Assembly: GCA_963665775.2 (NCBI GenBank)
Contig: CAXXTF010000002.1
Span: 704,001-768,000 of the forward strand
Source: Dehalococcoidia bacterium
GTDB lineage: Bacteria; Chloroflexota; Dehalococcoidia; SM23-28-2; RBG-16-64-32
Direction of reading: 5' to 3'
Length of the DNA stretch: 64,000 bases
Position numbers and translations under genes: made by a program
The notes under the pieces: generated by a model
What the model was told of the DNA's origin: nothing
What the model saw: only the letters and a program-made list of their open reading frames with translations
Databases searched by the model: none
Shown here: positions 39,841 through 52,254 of the stretch, piece by piece
How positions within the stretch are numbered: the stretch's first letter is position 1
Layout of the letters: each line of letters opens with the position of its first letter

Positions 39841-40899
39841 CTAACGCGGCGCCTTCCTCGTGTTCAGCCTCGCCTGCACCTTCCGCATAATCGCCACTTC
39901 CTCCAGCACCTCCGCCGCACCCCGGACCACACACGTCAGGGGCTCCTCCGACACGTACACCGGGAACCGCGTCTCCTGGGCCAGTCGGCGGTCCAGTCCC
40001 CGCAACTGCGCCCCCCCTCCGGCCAGAACGATCCCTCGGCTCATGATATCCGCCACCAGCTCCGGTGGCGTCATCTCTATCGTCTGTCGCACTCCATCCA
40101 CAACGGCACTCACCGTGCCCGACAGCGCATCCCGGATCTCGACGCTACTCACCTCAACCGCCTTCGGCAACCCTGTGACCAGGTCGCGACCCCTCAATTC
40201 TACGGTGGTCTCCGGCTCCAGGGTATAGGCTGAGCCCGCCTCGATCTTCACATCTTCCGCCGTCCGCTCGCCTATCAGCATGTTGTGTGCCTGACGCGCG
40301 TAAGACACGATCTTCGCATCCATCTCGTCCCCCGCCGTGCGGATAGACGTAGCTACCACAATGCCGCCCATGGAGATGACGGCCACCTCCGTCGTGCCAC
40401 CCCCGATATCCACGATCATCGAGCCGCCCGGCTCCATCACCGGCAGGCCGGCCCCTATGGCCGCCGCCATCGGCTCCTCCACCAGATAGGCCAGCCGAGC
40501 GCCCGCGTTCAGCGCCGCTTCGTGCACGGCTCGCTTCTCCACCTCCGTGACGCCCGAGGGGATGCCTATCGATACCCGGGGCCGCGGCAGACCGAGTCCG
40601 AGACGGTCGTGCACGGAGCGGATGAAGTAGTGCAGCATCCTCTCAGTTACCGCGAAATCGGAGATGACCCCGTCCTGTAACGGCCGCACCGCCACGATAT
40701 CCGCCGGCGTCCGCCCCACCATCCGCTTCGCTTCCGCGCCGATGGCCAGGATCCGCTTGTGGACGCGATCGATAGCCACCACAGACGGCTCATCTATGAC
40801 GATTCCCCGGCCTCTGACCATCACCAAGGTGTTAGCCGTCCCCAGGTCTATGGCTAGGTCATGCGAAAACAGGCCCAACAGGGCGTTGACCGGATTCAG
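39841..40899 (-). CDS. mreB: Cell shape-determining protein MreB
   Basis: DLGTANT, EEPMAAAIGAG, DIGGGT, GGGAQL; start uncertain (CTG 40899 or TTG 40923). Confidence 0.96.
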   Translation of the reverse strand: MNPVNALLGLFSHDLAIDLGTANTLVMVRGRGIVIDEPSVVAIDRVHKRILAIGAEAKRMVGRTPADIVAVRPLQDGVISDFAVTERMLHYFIRSVHDRLGLGLPRPRVSIGIPSGVTEVEKRAVHEAALNAGARLAYLVEEPMAAAIGAGLPVMEPGGSMIVDIGGGTTEVAVISMGGIVVATSIRTAGDEMDAKIVSYARQAHNMLIGERTAEDVKIEAGSAYTLEPETTVELRGRDLVTGLPKAVEVSSVEIRDALSGTVSAVVDGVRQTIEMTPPELVADIMSRGIVLAGGGAQLRGLDRRLAQETRFPVYVSEEPLTCVVRGAAEVLEEVAIMRKVQARLNTRKAPR

Positions 40900-41051
40900 G
40901 GTTAACCTCTCCTCCCGCGGCAAGGGCTGAACTTAGGCAATTATAACCGACTATACCACCACCTGCAAAAGCTCTCCCCCTCGTCCAGATATAAAACGTC
41001 TCAACTGGGGCCAGCGCTACGCCCGCCTGCAATCAAATCCAGATTCGTCCC

Positions 41052-43792
<2,741 letters not shown>

Positions 43793-43800
43793 GCAGCGCC

Positions 43801-43870
43801 CGCAGCATCAACACGTTGCTACCGAATGACGGCACCTACGACGACATCCTGAAGAAGGGGGCAGTCTGGA
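43801..43870 (+). pseudogene. Possible 3' remnant of an amino-acid ABC substrate-binding protein gene
   Basis: SINTLLPNDGTYDDILKKG resembles the DGTY..I.KKW C-terminal motif of family-3 SBPs. Confidence 0.4.
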
Positions 43871-43943
43871 GCTCTAGGCCACGGTTAGCGGAGAGCCCCT
43901 CGCCATGCCGCGGCCCCCTGGCTGCGGTACAATATTCCCCATC

Positions 43944-44675
43944 ATGGAGATCATCCCCGCCATCGACATCCGCGGCGGCCGCTGCGTTCGCCTGGAACAG
44001 GGCGATTACGGCCGCGAGACCGTCTTCGCCGAGGACCCCGCCGCAATGGCCCGCCGCTGGCAGAACGCCGGTGCCCGCCGCCTCCACGTCGTCGATCTCG
44101 ACGGCGCCCGCGCTGGACGCCCCATCAACCAGGGTGCGATCCAGCATCTGCTGACCGCCGTCTCCGTACCGACCCAGCTCGGCGGCGGCGTCCGCGATAT
44201 CGCCACCATCGAACGCTACGTGGAGGCCGGGGCCGATCGCCTCATCCTGGGCACCGCCGCCGTCAAACACCCGGCCATCCTTCTCGACGCCCTCGCCCGC
44301 TTCCGCGACCATATCGCGGTCGCCGTCGATGCCCGCGACGGCATCGTCGTCACCGAGGGCTGGCGCGAAAAATCCGACACGCTAGCCGCCGACCTGGTTG
44401 ACGAGCTCGTAGATATGGGCGCTACCTGCATCACGTATACCGATACCCTCCGCGACGGCACCCTTACCGGCCCCAACTTCGCCGCCATCGCAGCCCTCCT
44501 ATCCCACCTCTCGACCCTTCCCACTAGCCTTTCGCTCATCTGCGCCGGCGGCATCTCCTCCCTCGATGACCTGCACCGGCTGGCCTCTCTAGGCGTCGAA
44601 GCCGTTATCGTCGGCAAGGCCCTCTACACCGGCGACATCGATCTCCAGCAGGCCGTCGCCAGCCTGACCGCCTGA
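43944..44675 (+). CDS. hisA: ProFAR isomerase
   Basis: IIPAIDIRGGRCVRL, LHVVDLDGA, GGGVR, VGKALY. Confidence 0.96.
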   Translation: MEIIPAIDIRGGRCVRLEQGDYGRETVFAEDPAAMARRWQNAGARRLHVVDLDGARAGRPINQGAIQHLLTAVSVPTQLGGGVRDIATIERYVEAGADRLILGTAAVKHPAILLDALARFRDHIAVAVDARDGIVVTEGWREKSDTLAADLVDELVDMGATCITYTDTLRDGTLTGPNFAAIAALLSHLSTLPTSLSLICAGGISSLDDLHRLASLGVEAVIVGKALYTGDIDLQQAVASLTA

Positions 44676-44777
44676 CGCTCCGTCAGACGCTGAATCAAAG
44701 CTGGACACAACCTGTAACGTTCATTAGAATTGATATTGAACCCCTTTTCAGCACCATCACTTCTCAGGAGAACTCAA

Positions 44778-45368
44778 ATCTACGCGATAGTGCGCGCCGG
44801 CGGCCGACAGTACCGGATCGAGCCTGACCAGCTCCTCGACGTCGACCTCCTGTCGGCAGCGGTCGGCTCCACCGTGGAACTCACGGACGTCCTCCTTCTC
44901 GGCGGAAACGGGGACGTGCGTGTAGGCACACCTACGCTGGACGGGGTGAGGGTTATCGCGGAGGTCGTGGAGCATGGGCGCGCCAAGAAGATCCTGGTCT
45001 ACAAGCAGAAATCAAAGACCCGCTATCGCCGCAAGCGGGGACACCGCCAGGGCTACACGCGCCTCTCTATCCGCCAGATAGTGACGGGCACAGAGGAGGC
45101 GGCGGCCGCCGAAACGGCGAAGCCTAAGGCTAAAGCAAAACCGAAGGCCACGGCAGAGGTCGAGAAGCCGCCGGCGAAAGCTACGATGAGAAGAACACGC
45201 CGAGCGCCCAAGGCGGAGGCTCCTGTGGAGGCGCCAGAGGCCGCCGGCAGCGCCCCCGAGCCCGCCGCGCAGCCGAAGCCCGCCCGCCGCACCCGGGCCC
45301 GGAAGACTCCGGCGAGCGAGGAGCCAGATACATCGACAAAACCGGATGAGAAAGCCGAGAGTGATTAG
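44778..45368 (+). CDS. rplU: 50S ribosomal protein L21 with C-terminal Ala/Lys/Pro extension
   Basis: (I)[18 protein letters not shown]; probable ATC start after AGGAG. Confidence 0.93.
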   Translation: MYAIVRAGGRQYRIEPDQLLDVDLLSAAVGSTVELTDVLLLGGNGDVRVGTPTLDGVRVIAEVVEHGRAKKILVYKQKSKTRYRRKRGHRQGYTRLSIRQIVTGTEEAAAAETAKPKAKAKPKATAEVEKPPAKATMRRTRRAPKAEAPVEAPEAAGSAPEPAAQPKPARRTRARKTPASEEPDTSTKPDEKAESD

Positions 45369-45370
45369 AG

Positions 45371-45634
45371 ATGGCGCACAAAAAGAGCGGCGGTAGCGCC
45401 AAGAACGGCCGCGACTCCCAGTCCAAGCGGCTGGGCGTCAAGCGGTTCGACGGGGAGCTTGTGCTGCCGGGCACGATCATCGTGCGGCAACGCGGTACCC
45501 GCATCCACCCGGGACTTAACGTCGGCCTGGGGCGGGACTTCACGATCTTCGCCAAGAGCGAGGGGCGGGTGAAGTTCCAGCCGTATCGTAAAGGCGGTCG
45601 CAAGAAGGTAAGCATCTTACCCATAGGGGAATGA
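45371..45634 (+). CDS. rpmA: 50S ribosomal protein L27
   Basis: [21 protein letters not shown]. Confidence 0.98.
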   Translation: MAHKKSGGSAKNGRDSQSKRLGVKRFDGELVLPGTIIVRQRGTRIHPGLNVGLGRDFTIFAKSEGRVKFQPYRKGGRKKVSILPIGE

Positions 45635-45637
45635 TCT

Positions 45638-45838
45638 ATGAAGGCGGATATACACCCAGAGTACGTGGAGGCCACCGTCACCTGCGGTTGCGGCCACAGT
45701 TGGCAGACCCACGCCACCAAGCCGCAGCTGCGAGTGGAGGTCTGTAGCCAGTGCCACCCATTCTTCACCGGCGAGCACCGTATCGTGGATACAGCAGGAC
45801 GGGTAGAGCGATTTAAGCGTCGCTACGGTATGAAGTAA
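45638..45838 (+). CDS. rpmE: 50S ribosomal protein L31, zinc-binding type
   Basis: MKADIHPEY, CGCG, CSQCHPFFTG. Confidence 0.98.
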   Translation: MKADIHPEYVEATVTCGCGHSWQTHATKPQLRVEVCSQCHPFFTGEHRIVDTAGRVERFKRRYGMK

Positions 45839-45857
45839 AGCGAGCGAGGTAGGCAAA

Positions 45858-45883
45858 TCGGGCCGGGGCGCGCTCCGGCCCGA
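45858..45883 (+). terminator. Hairpin after rpmE
   Basis: TCGGGCCGGGG-CGCG-CTCCGGCCCGA. Confidence 0.5.
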
Positions 45884-45905
45884 CATTCGTATAGCATCTA
45901 GATAC

Positions 45906-46805
45906 ATGGCTGAAAGACGCACCTACTACGGCGGGCAAGCGGTACTGGAAGGGGTCATGATTCGCGGCCCCCACACGGTGGTCGTAGCCTGCCGCCGTCC
46001 TGACGGCGATATCGTCTGCCGCAGCGAGGCGCTAGGCGGCGTCTACGTCGGACTCCTCCGACAAGTGCCCCTGATAAGGGGCTCCATCATCATGTGGGAG
46101 ACCCTCGCCCTGGGGATGCGGTCGCTCATCTTCTCGTCCAACGTGGCCCTGGGCGAGGACGAGAAGGAGATCAGCACCAGTGCCATCTGGGTTATGGTCT
46201 TGGTCTCCCTGGCCCTGGTCGGGGCCCTCTTCTTCGCCGGCCCTGTGCTGCTGAGCCGCTTGCTGGAGAGCCTGATAGAGAGCAACCTGCTGGTGGTGCT
46301 GATCGAAGGACTGATCAGGCTGACCCTGGTCGTTGGCTATATCGGCCTGATAGGGCTCCTGCCGGACGTGCGCCGTGTGTACGGCTACCATGGGGCGGAG
46401 CACAAGAGCATCCACGCCCTGGAGCACGGCGACCCCCTGGAGCCGGAATCGGTGCAGCGCCATCCCACGGCTCACGTGCGCTGCGGGACGAGCTTCCTGC
46501 TGACGGTCGTGGTGGTGGGCGTAATCGTATTTGCCGCCGTCGGAACGCCGGACCTATGGCTTCGGGTCGTCTCCCGCATCGCCCTTCTCCCCGTCATCGC
46601 CGCCATATCGTACGAGGTGATCCGCTTCGGCGGCGCCTTCCAGTCGAACCGCATCGTGCGGACGCTGATGTGGCCGAACCTGGCCCTACAGAGGCTGACC
46701 ACCCGACAGCCGGACGACGCTCAGGTGGAGGTAGCGCTGCGGGCGCTGCACGAGGTGCTGGCGGCGGAGGGCGCGGGGGCGGTGGCGACGAAGCAGCCAG
46801 ACTGA
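45906..46805 (+). CDS. DUF1385 family membrane protein
   Basis: GGQAVLEGVMIR, YHGAEHK, H.RCGTSF, LQRLTTRQP. Confidence 0.92.
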   Translation: MAERRTYYGGQAVLEGVMIRGPHTVVVACRRPDGDIVCRSEALGGVYVGLLRQVPLIRGSIIMWETLALGMRSLIFSSNVALGEDEKEISTSAIWVMVLVSLALVGALFFAGPVLLSRLLESLIESNLLVVLIEGLIRLTLVVGYIGLIGLLPDVRRVYGYHGAEHKSIHALEHGDPLEPESVQRHPTAHVRCGTSFLLTVVVVGVIVFAAVGTPDLWLRVVSRIALLPVIAAISYEVIRFGGAFQSNRIVRTLMWPNLALQRLTTRQPDDAQVEVALRALHEVLAAEGAGAVATKQPD

Positions 46806-46819
46806 CACGGACGACGCCC

Positions 46820-47146
46820 TCAGCTAGCTTCAGCCCCTTCTTCCAGCTCCCGGTAGAAGCAGCTCCGCTCGCCCGTGTGGCAGGCCGGGCCGGCCGGGTC
46901 CACCTTCAGAAGCAGCACGTCCTCGTCGCAGTCCACCCTCACCTCGCGCACGGCCAGCGTGTTGCCGGAGGTGGCGCCCTTATGCCACAGCTCCTGACGG
47001 CTGCGGCTCCAGAACCAGGCCTCGCCCGACTCCCTGGTTCGGCGAAGCGACTCCTCGCTCATGAAGGCGAACATCAGAATCTCGCCCGTCGTCGCGTCCT
47101 GGACTATGGCGGGGATCAGGCCACGGTCATCGAACTTCAGAAGCAT
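46820..47146 (-). CDS. hisI: Phosphoribosyl-AMP cyclohydrolase
   Basis: [39 protein letters not shown]. Confidence 0.96.
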   Translation of the reverse strand: MLLKFDDRGLIPAIVQDATTGEILMFAFMSEESLRRTRESGEAWFWSRSRQELWHKGATSGNTLAVREVRVDCDEDVLLLKVDPAGPACHTGERSCFYRELEEGAEAS

Positions 47147-47180
47147 CTCGATCCTTTCCGGTCATCATCGGCGGATCCAG

Positions 47181-47954
47181 CTAGAGCCGCACCGGAACGC
47201 CGCGCTCCGCCAGGTACTCCTTGACCTGGCGGATGGGGTGCGTGCCGAAGTGAAAGATGCTGGCGGCCAGGACGGCGTCGGCCTTGCCGTCCACAACAGC
47301 CTCATACATATGCTGCGGGTTGCCCGCGCCACCGGAGGCGATGACAGGGACGTCAACCACCTTGTTGAGCTCACGTAGCTGAACGACATCGTAGCCGTCA
47401 TGCGTTCCATCGCAGTCTATCGAGTTCATAACGATCTCCCCAGCGCCAAGTTGGAGACCTCTTGCGGCCCACTCCAGGAGGTCCATACCGGTTGGACGCC
47501 GACCGCCATGAGTGTAGACCTCCCAGCGAGGACGGGTCGTATTAAATGGCTGCACCCGCCGAGCATCGATGGAGAGCACGATGCACTGGGAGCCGAAACG
47601 GTCAGCGCCCTGGCTGATGAGATTAGGGTCGAGGACGGCGGATGTGTTGATGGAAACTTTGTCGGCCCCCGCCTTTAGCATGCGGTGCATATCCTCGACA
47701 GTACGCAGGCCGCCGCCGACGGTGAAGGGGATGAAGACCTCATCGGCCGTCCGTTCTACTACGTGAGTCAAGATCTCACGCTCATCGCTAGAGGCGGTGA
47801 TATCATAGAACACGAGCTCGTCCGCCCCCTCCGCATCGTAGACCCGGGCCATCTCCACAGGGTCGCCGGCATCGCGCAGGTTAAGGAAGCGCACTCCCTT
47901 TACCACCCGGCCATCCGCGACATCGAAGCAGGGGATCACACGCTTGGTCAGCAT
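47181..47954 (-). CDS. hisF: Imidazole glycerol phosphate synthase, cyclase subunit
   Basis: [36 protein letters not shown]. Confidence 0.97.
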   Translation of the reverse strand: MLTKRVIPCFDVADGRVVKGVRFLNLRDAGDPVEMARVYDAEGADELVFYDITASSDEREILTHVVERTADEVFIPFTVGGGLRTVEDMHRMLKAGADKVSINTSAVLDPNLISQGADRFGSQCIVLSIDARRVQPFNTTRPRWEVYTHGGRRPTGMDLLEWAARGLQLGAGEIVMNSIDCDGTHDGYDVVQLRELNKVVDVPVIASGGAGNPQHMYEAVVDGKADAVLAASIFHFGTHPIRQVKEYLAERGVPVRL

Positions 47955-48241
47955 GATACGACTATCGTATCAGGCCAAGCCAGGCAGGGGCCAGGGGTAT
48001 ACGACGGCTAGCCTGACCGTCGGCCCCGGTCAAAAGCCCGGAACCAGCAGCGTACTGGTATTGCTTGGCGTTTTGCCTCTGCTAGAATAGAGACGGTCAC
48101 CTCCTAGCAGAAGGATACTGCATGCCTCGCAGAACAGCGGCGATTATCGGAGATGGCGTCAGTTCGCGCCCGCAGCGTCGCCTCGGGCTCCGATCTTACG
48201 GCCCACGACCACCCCACCCCAGGCAGGAGTAAGGCAGGAAC

Positions 48242-49450
48242 ATGGACAGCAAGCTGCTAGACAGGGCGAAAGACCACCTCGCCGCGCTGATCGAGGAACA
48301 GATCGCGCGCATCGAGCGCATGAAGATCGAAGACGAGTGGATCGACTACAGCCAGATCACCCCCGTCATCGGTATCTGCGGCGGCGACGGCATCGGCCCG
48401 TACATCTCCCAACACACGCAGACGGTGCTGGAGTTCTTACTGGCGCCGGAGGTGGCCAGCGGAAAGGTCACCTTCCGAAATATCGAGGGGCTTACCATCG
48501 AGAATCGGGCCGCGCACAATACGGCTATCCCAGAAGACGTACTGGATCAGCTCAAGCAGTGTCACGTGATTCTTAAGGGCCCTACCACGACTCCCCGCCG
48601 CGGCGACCCCTGGCCCAACATCGAGAGCGCCAACGTGGCCATGAGACGCGAGCTGGACCTGTTCGCCAACGTGAGGCCGGTGCGCGTACCCAGCGAGGGC
48701 ATCGACTGGACGTTCTTCCGCGAGAACACGGAAGGGGCGTACATCCTGGGCAGCAAAGGCATCCACGTCAACGACGACCTCGCCCTAGACTTCACGGTGA
48801 CCACTACGCAGGGAAGCGACCGCATCATCCGCCTCGCCTTCGAGTACGCGCAACGGAACGGCATCAACCGGCTGACCGTGGTCACCAAGGCCAACGTCAT
48901 CAAGACTACCGACGGCAAGTTCCTCGACATCGCACGCGAGATTGCCGAGGAGTACCCCGAGGTGGCCTGGGACGACTGGTATATCGACATCATGACCGCC
49001 AAGCTGGTCGATCCCAAGCGCCGACGGGACTTCAAGGTCGTCATTCTGCCCAACCTGTACGGCGATATCCTCACCGACGAGGCGGCCGAGTTCCAGGGCG
49101 GCGTAGGCACCGCCGGCAGCGCCAACATCGGCAGGCGCTACGCCATGTTCGAGGCGATCCACGGCAGCGCCCCCCGCATGGTCCAGGAAGGCCGCGCCGA
49201 TTACGCCAACCCCAGCAGCATCATCCGGGCCGGCGCCATGCTCCTGAACCACATCGGCTTCACTGACCGCGCCCACAGGCTGGAAATGGCCCTCGACCTC
49301 TGCGGCACATTCGAAAACAAGCTGGAAGTCACCGGCCGGCCCACCGGCGCCACCGGCGCCGCCTTCGCCGACTATCTCATGGAGACGATCCAGCAGCAGG
49401 GGCTGGAGGAGAGATGGCAGGGATACCAGGTTGAGGCAAAGGTGGGCTAG
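48242..49450 (+). CDS. icd: Isocitrate/isopropylmalate dehydrogenase family, probable isocitrate dehydrogenase
   Basis: GDGIG, LKGP, SANVAMRRELDLFANVRP, RENTEG, NLYGDILTD, FEAIHGSAP; next to mdh and fumarase. Confidence 0.8.
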   Translation: MDSKLLDRAKDHLAALIEEQIARIERMKIEDEWIDYSQITPVIGICGGDGIGPYISQHTQTVLEFLLAPEVASGKVTFRNIEGLTIENRAAHNTAIPEDVLDQLKQCHVILKGPTTTPRRGDPWPNIESANVAMRRELDLFANVRPVRVPSEGIDWTFFRENTEGAYILGSKGIHVNDDLALDFTVTTTQGSDRIIRLAFEYAQRNGINRLTVVTKANVIKTTDGKFLDIAREIAEEYPEVAWDDWYIDIMTAKLVDPKRRRDFKVVILPNLYGDILTDEAAEFQGGVGTAGSANIGRRYAMFEAIHGSAPRMVQEGRADYANPSSIIRAGAMLLNHIGFTDRAHRLEMALDLCGTFENKLEVTGRPTGATGAAFADYLMETIQQQGLEERWQGYQVEAKVG

Positions 49451-49544
49451 CATTCCCTCTCTCTACCCATCCACGTTAGGCGGTGTGAACACCCACATCG
49501 GGCCACGACCCGCGTATCCGTAACAACCATAGGAGGCACCTCCC

Positions 49545-50483
49545 GTGCGCCGAAAAGTCACCATCGTAGGCGCCGGCATGACCGGCGGCACGATAGCCCA
49601 GCGGCTGGCCGAGACCGGCTACATAGACGTCACGATACACGACATCGTCGAGGGGCTACCGCAGGGCAAGGCCCTGGACATGGCCCAGTCGGCCCCGCAC
49701 ATAGGCTTTAGCGGTAGCATCGCCGGCACCAACGACTGGGCTGACACCGCCGGCTCTGACCTCGTCGTTATCACCTCCGGCCTGCCGCGCAAGCCGGGCA
49801 TTACCCGGGAGGAACTCCTGAACATCAACGCCGGCATTGTGCGGGACGTCGCTGCCAACGCCGTCAAACACTCGCCGGACGCCGTGATCATCATCTTCGC
49901 CAACCCCATGGACGCCATGTGCCACGTGGCGCTAGAGGCCACGGGACTGCCCAAGAGCCGCATCATCGGCCAGGGCGGGATGCTGGACACCGCCCGCTAT
50001 CGCACCTTCATCGCCTGGGAGACGCAGTCCTCCGTGCAGGACGTCCACGCTCAGGTGCTGGGCGGCCACACGGATGTCACTATGGTGCCCATCGTCAGCA
50101 CCGCCCACGTGGGCGGCGTGCCCTTGACCTCCCTCCTGCCCAAGGAGCGGATCGGGGCGGTCGTCCAGCGGACCCGTCAGGGTGGTACCGAGGTGGTCTC
50201 CCTCCTCAAGACCGGCTCCGCCTTCGTCGCCCCCGCAGCGGCCACCGTCGAGATGGTGGAGTCCGTGCTTCTGGACAAGAACCGGATCATACCCTGCGCC
50301 GCTTTTCTGAAGGGCGAGTTCGATATCCAGAACGCCTTTGTGGGAGTGCCCGTGAAGCTGGGCGCCTGCGGCATCGACCGCATCTACCAGCCGCCGCTCT
50401 GGGACGATGAGCTGGAGGGGCTGCACGCGGCCGCCGAAGCCGTCAAGAAGCTCGTCGGCCTCATCGAGACGAAGGCCCAGTAG
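49545..50483 (+). CDS. mdh: Malate dehydrogenase (LDH-like)
   Basis: GAG..G, GLPRKPGITR, NPMD, LDTAR, GGH. Confidence 0.92.
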   Translation: MRRKVTIVGAGMTGGTIAQRLAETGYIDVTIHDIVEGLPQGKALDMAQSAPHIGFSGSIAGTNDWADTAGSDLVVITSGLPRKPGITREELLNINAGIVRDVAANAVKHSPDAVIIIFANPMDAMCHVALEATGLPKSRIIGQGGMLDTARYRTFIAWETQSSVQDVHAQVLGGHTDVTMVPIVSTAHVGGVPLTSLLPKERIGAVVQRTRQGGTEVVSLLKTGSAFVAPAAATVEMVESVLLDKNRIIPCAAFLKGEFDIQNAFVGVPVKLGACGIDRIYQPPLWDDELEGLHAAAEAVKKLVGLIETKAQ

Positions 50484-50501
50484 TGCTATGATAGAAGTGC
50501 C

Positions 50502-51347
50502 ATGCGTGAAGTGCACGTAGACCAGATCAAAGACACCGTCCGCCAGCTCTGCCAGGACGCCGCCTGCATCCTCCCCGAGGACGTCCTCGACGCCCTCAAG
50601 CGCGCCCGCCAGAAGGAGGAGGCTCCCCTGGCCCAGAAGGTGCTGGACCAGATCCTGCGCAACGCCGAGCTGGCCCGGGACGAGATGCTGCCCCTCTGTC
50701 AAGACACCGGCACCACCGTCATCTTCCTGGAAGTAGGCCAGGACCTACACATCGTCGGCGGGCCGCTAGCGGACGCCCTGCGCGAGGGCGTGGGCGCCGG
50801 TTACACTGAGGGCTTCCTGCGCGCCTCGATTGTGGAGAAACCGTTCTCGGAGCGGGTCAACACCAAGAACAACACCCCACCGGTGTTACACACCGAGATC
50901 GTCCCTGGCGACAGGCTGCGCATCAAGGTCATGCCCAAGGGAGGCGGCTGCGAGAACATGAGTCGTTTCACCGTCATGCTCCCTTCGGCCGGGAAGCCTG
51001 GGGTCGCGGAGTTCGTCCTCAAGACCGTGGAGGAATCCGGCGGCAACCCCTGTCCGCCCATCATCGTCGGCGTTGGCATCGGCGGCACAGCGGAGCACGC
51101 CATGTTCCTAGCCAAGCGCTCCCTCACCCGCAAAGTCGGGGAGCTGAACCCGGACGCCGAGACCGCCGCCTTCGAGACGGAGCTACTGGAGAAGGTGAAC
51201 GCCCTCGGCCTAGGCCCCCAGGCCGTCGGCGGCCGCACCACGGCCCTCGCCGTGCACATGGAGACCTACCCCACACATATCACCGCGCTACCCGTCGCCG
51301 TGAACCTCCAGTGCCACTCGGCCCGGCTCAAGGAGGCCCTGCTGTAA
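50502..51347 (+). CDS. Class I fumarate hydratase, alpha subunit (Fe-S)
   Basis: PLCQDTG, KGGGCEN, NPCPP, VNLQCHSAR. Confidence 0.92.
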   Translation: MREVHVDQIKDTVRQLCQDAACILPEDVLDALKRARQKEEAPLAQKVLDQILRNAELARDEMLPLCQDTGTTVIFLEVGQDLHIVGGPLADALREGVGAGYTEGFLRASIVEKPFSERVNTKNNTPPVLHTEIVPGDRLRIKVMPKGGGCENMSRFTVMLPSAGKPGVAEFVLKTVEESGGNPCPPIIVGVGIGGTAEHAMFLAKRSLTRKVGELNPDAETAAFETELLEKVNALGLGPQAVGGRTTALAVHMETYPTHITALPVAVNLQCHSARLKEALL

Positions 51348-51349
51348 AC

Positions 51350-51655
51350 GTGTCCCGCCATCGCCTCGTCCCGGCCAGCGCGCCCGACTCCGAGCCGGTC
51401 TGCCGCCTGACCCCGGACGAGGGCCACCGCCGTCAGGCCGATATTGACCGCCTGTTCGCCGCCCTGGTGGAGCAGCGTGAGACGGTAGCTGGGCACGAGT
51501 TCATCTTCCGCGGCGACCCGGACTCCCTTTGGCAGGACATCTCCCTCTTCGTGGACGAGGAATCTCAGTGCTGCCCCTTCTTCACCTTCGAGCAGGTGGA
51601 GCGCGCCGACGGAGCCCTCTTGAGAGTCACCGGCATACCAGGCCAGGAGCGTTAA
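51350..51655 (+). CDS. Small hypothetical protein with PxC.L and E..CCPFF.F motifs
   Basis: Fills the gap between the fumarase subunits exactly; AAGGAGG upstream of the GTG. Confidence 0.75.
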   Translation: MSRHRLVPASAPDSEPVCRLTPDEGHRRQADIDRLFAALVEQRETVAGHEFIFRGDPDSLWQDISLFVDEESQCCPFFTFEQVERADGALLRVTGIPGQER

Positions 51656-51656
51656 C

Positions 51657-52226
51657 GTGGCAGAGCACCACATTCAGCTCCCCCTCTCTGACGAGTCGAT
51701 CGAGAAGCTGCGCGCCGGCGACTATGTCTACCTGACAGGCGCCATCTACACCGCACGCGACGCCGCCCACAAACGCATGATCGGGGCGCTCCAGAGTGGC
51801 GAGCCCCTGCCCGTTGACATCCGCGGCCAGACGATCTACTACGTCGGGCCCACCCCGGCCAAGCCGGGCCAGATCATCGGCTCCGCCGGACCCACGACAG
51901 CCATGCGTATGGACCCCTTCACCCTACCCCTGCTGGAGGCGGGCCTGAAAGGGATCATCGGCAAGGGAGGGCGCGGCCCCCAGGTCCGAGAGGCCCTCCA
52001 GAAACACCGGGCCGTCTACTTCCTGGCGATCGGCGGCGCCGGCGCCATCCTCTCCAAGCAGATTCGCCACGTCGAGGTCGTCGCCTACGAGGAGCTGGGC
52101 ACCGAGGCGATACGGCGGATGGAGGTCGAGGAGTTCCCCGTGATCGTGTGCAACGACATCCACGGCGGCGATCTCCCGGCACAGGGAAAGGCCGACTGGC
52201 GCCAGGCCGACGTCCTGGAGCGCTAG
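51657..52226 (+). CDS. Class I fumarate hydratase, beta subunit
   Basis: TARDAAH, YYVGP, GPTT..RM, GKG, ELGTEA. Confidence 0.92.
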   Translation: MAEHHIQLPLSDESIEKLRAGDYVYLTGAIYTARDAAHKRMIGALQSGEPLPVDIRGQTIYYVGPTPAKPGQIIGSAGPTTAMRMDPFTLPLLEAGLKGIIGKGGRGPQVREALQKHRAVYFLAIGGAGAILSKQIRHVEVVAYEELGTEAIRRMEVEEFPVIVCNDIHGGDLPAQGKADWRQADVLER

Positions 52227-52254
52227 GTTAGGCCGCGAGCGCTGGGGCCTTCAG

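Noticed and set aside
46094-47224. 376-aa Arg/Gly/Pro-rich ORF
   Set aside because: Off-frame overlap of the DUF1385 gene and antisense to hisI
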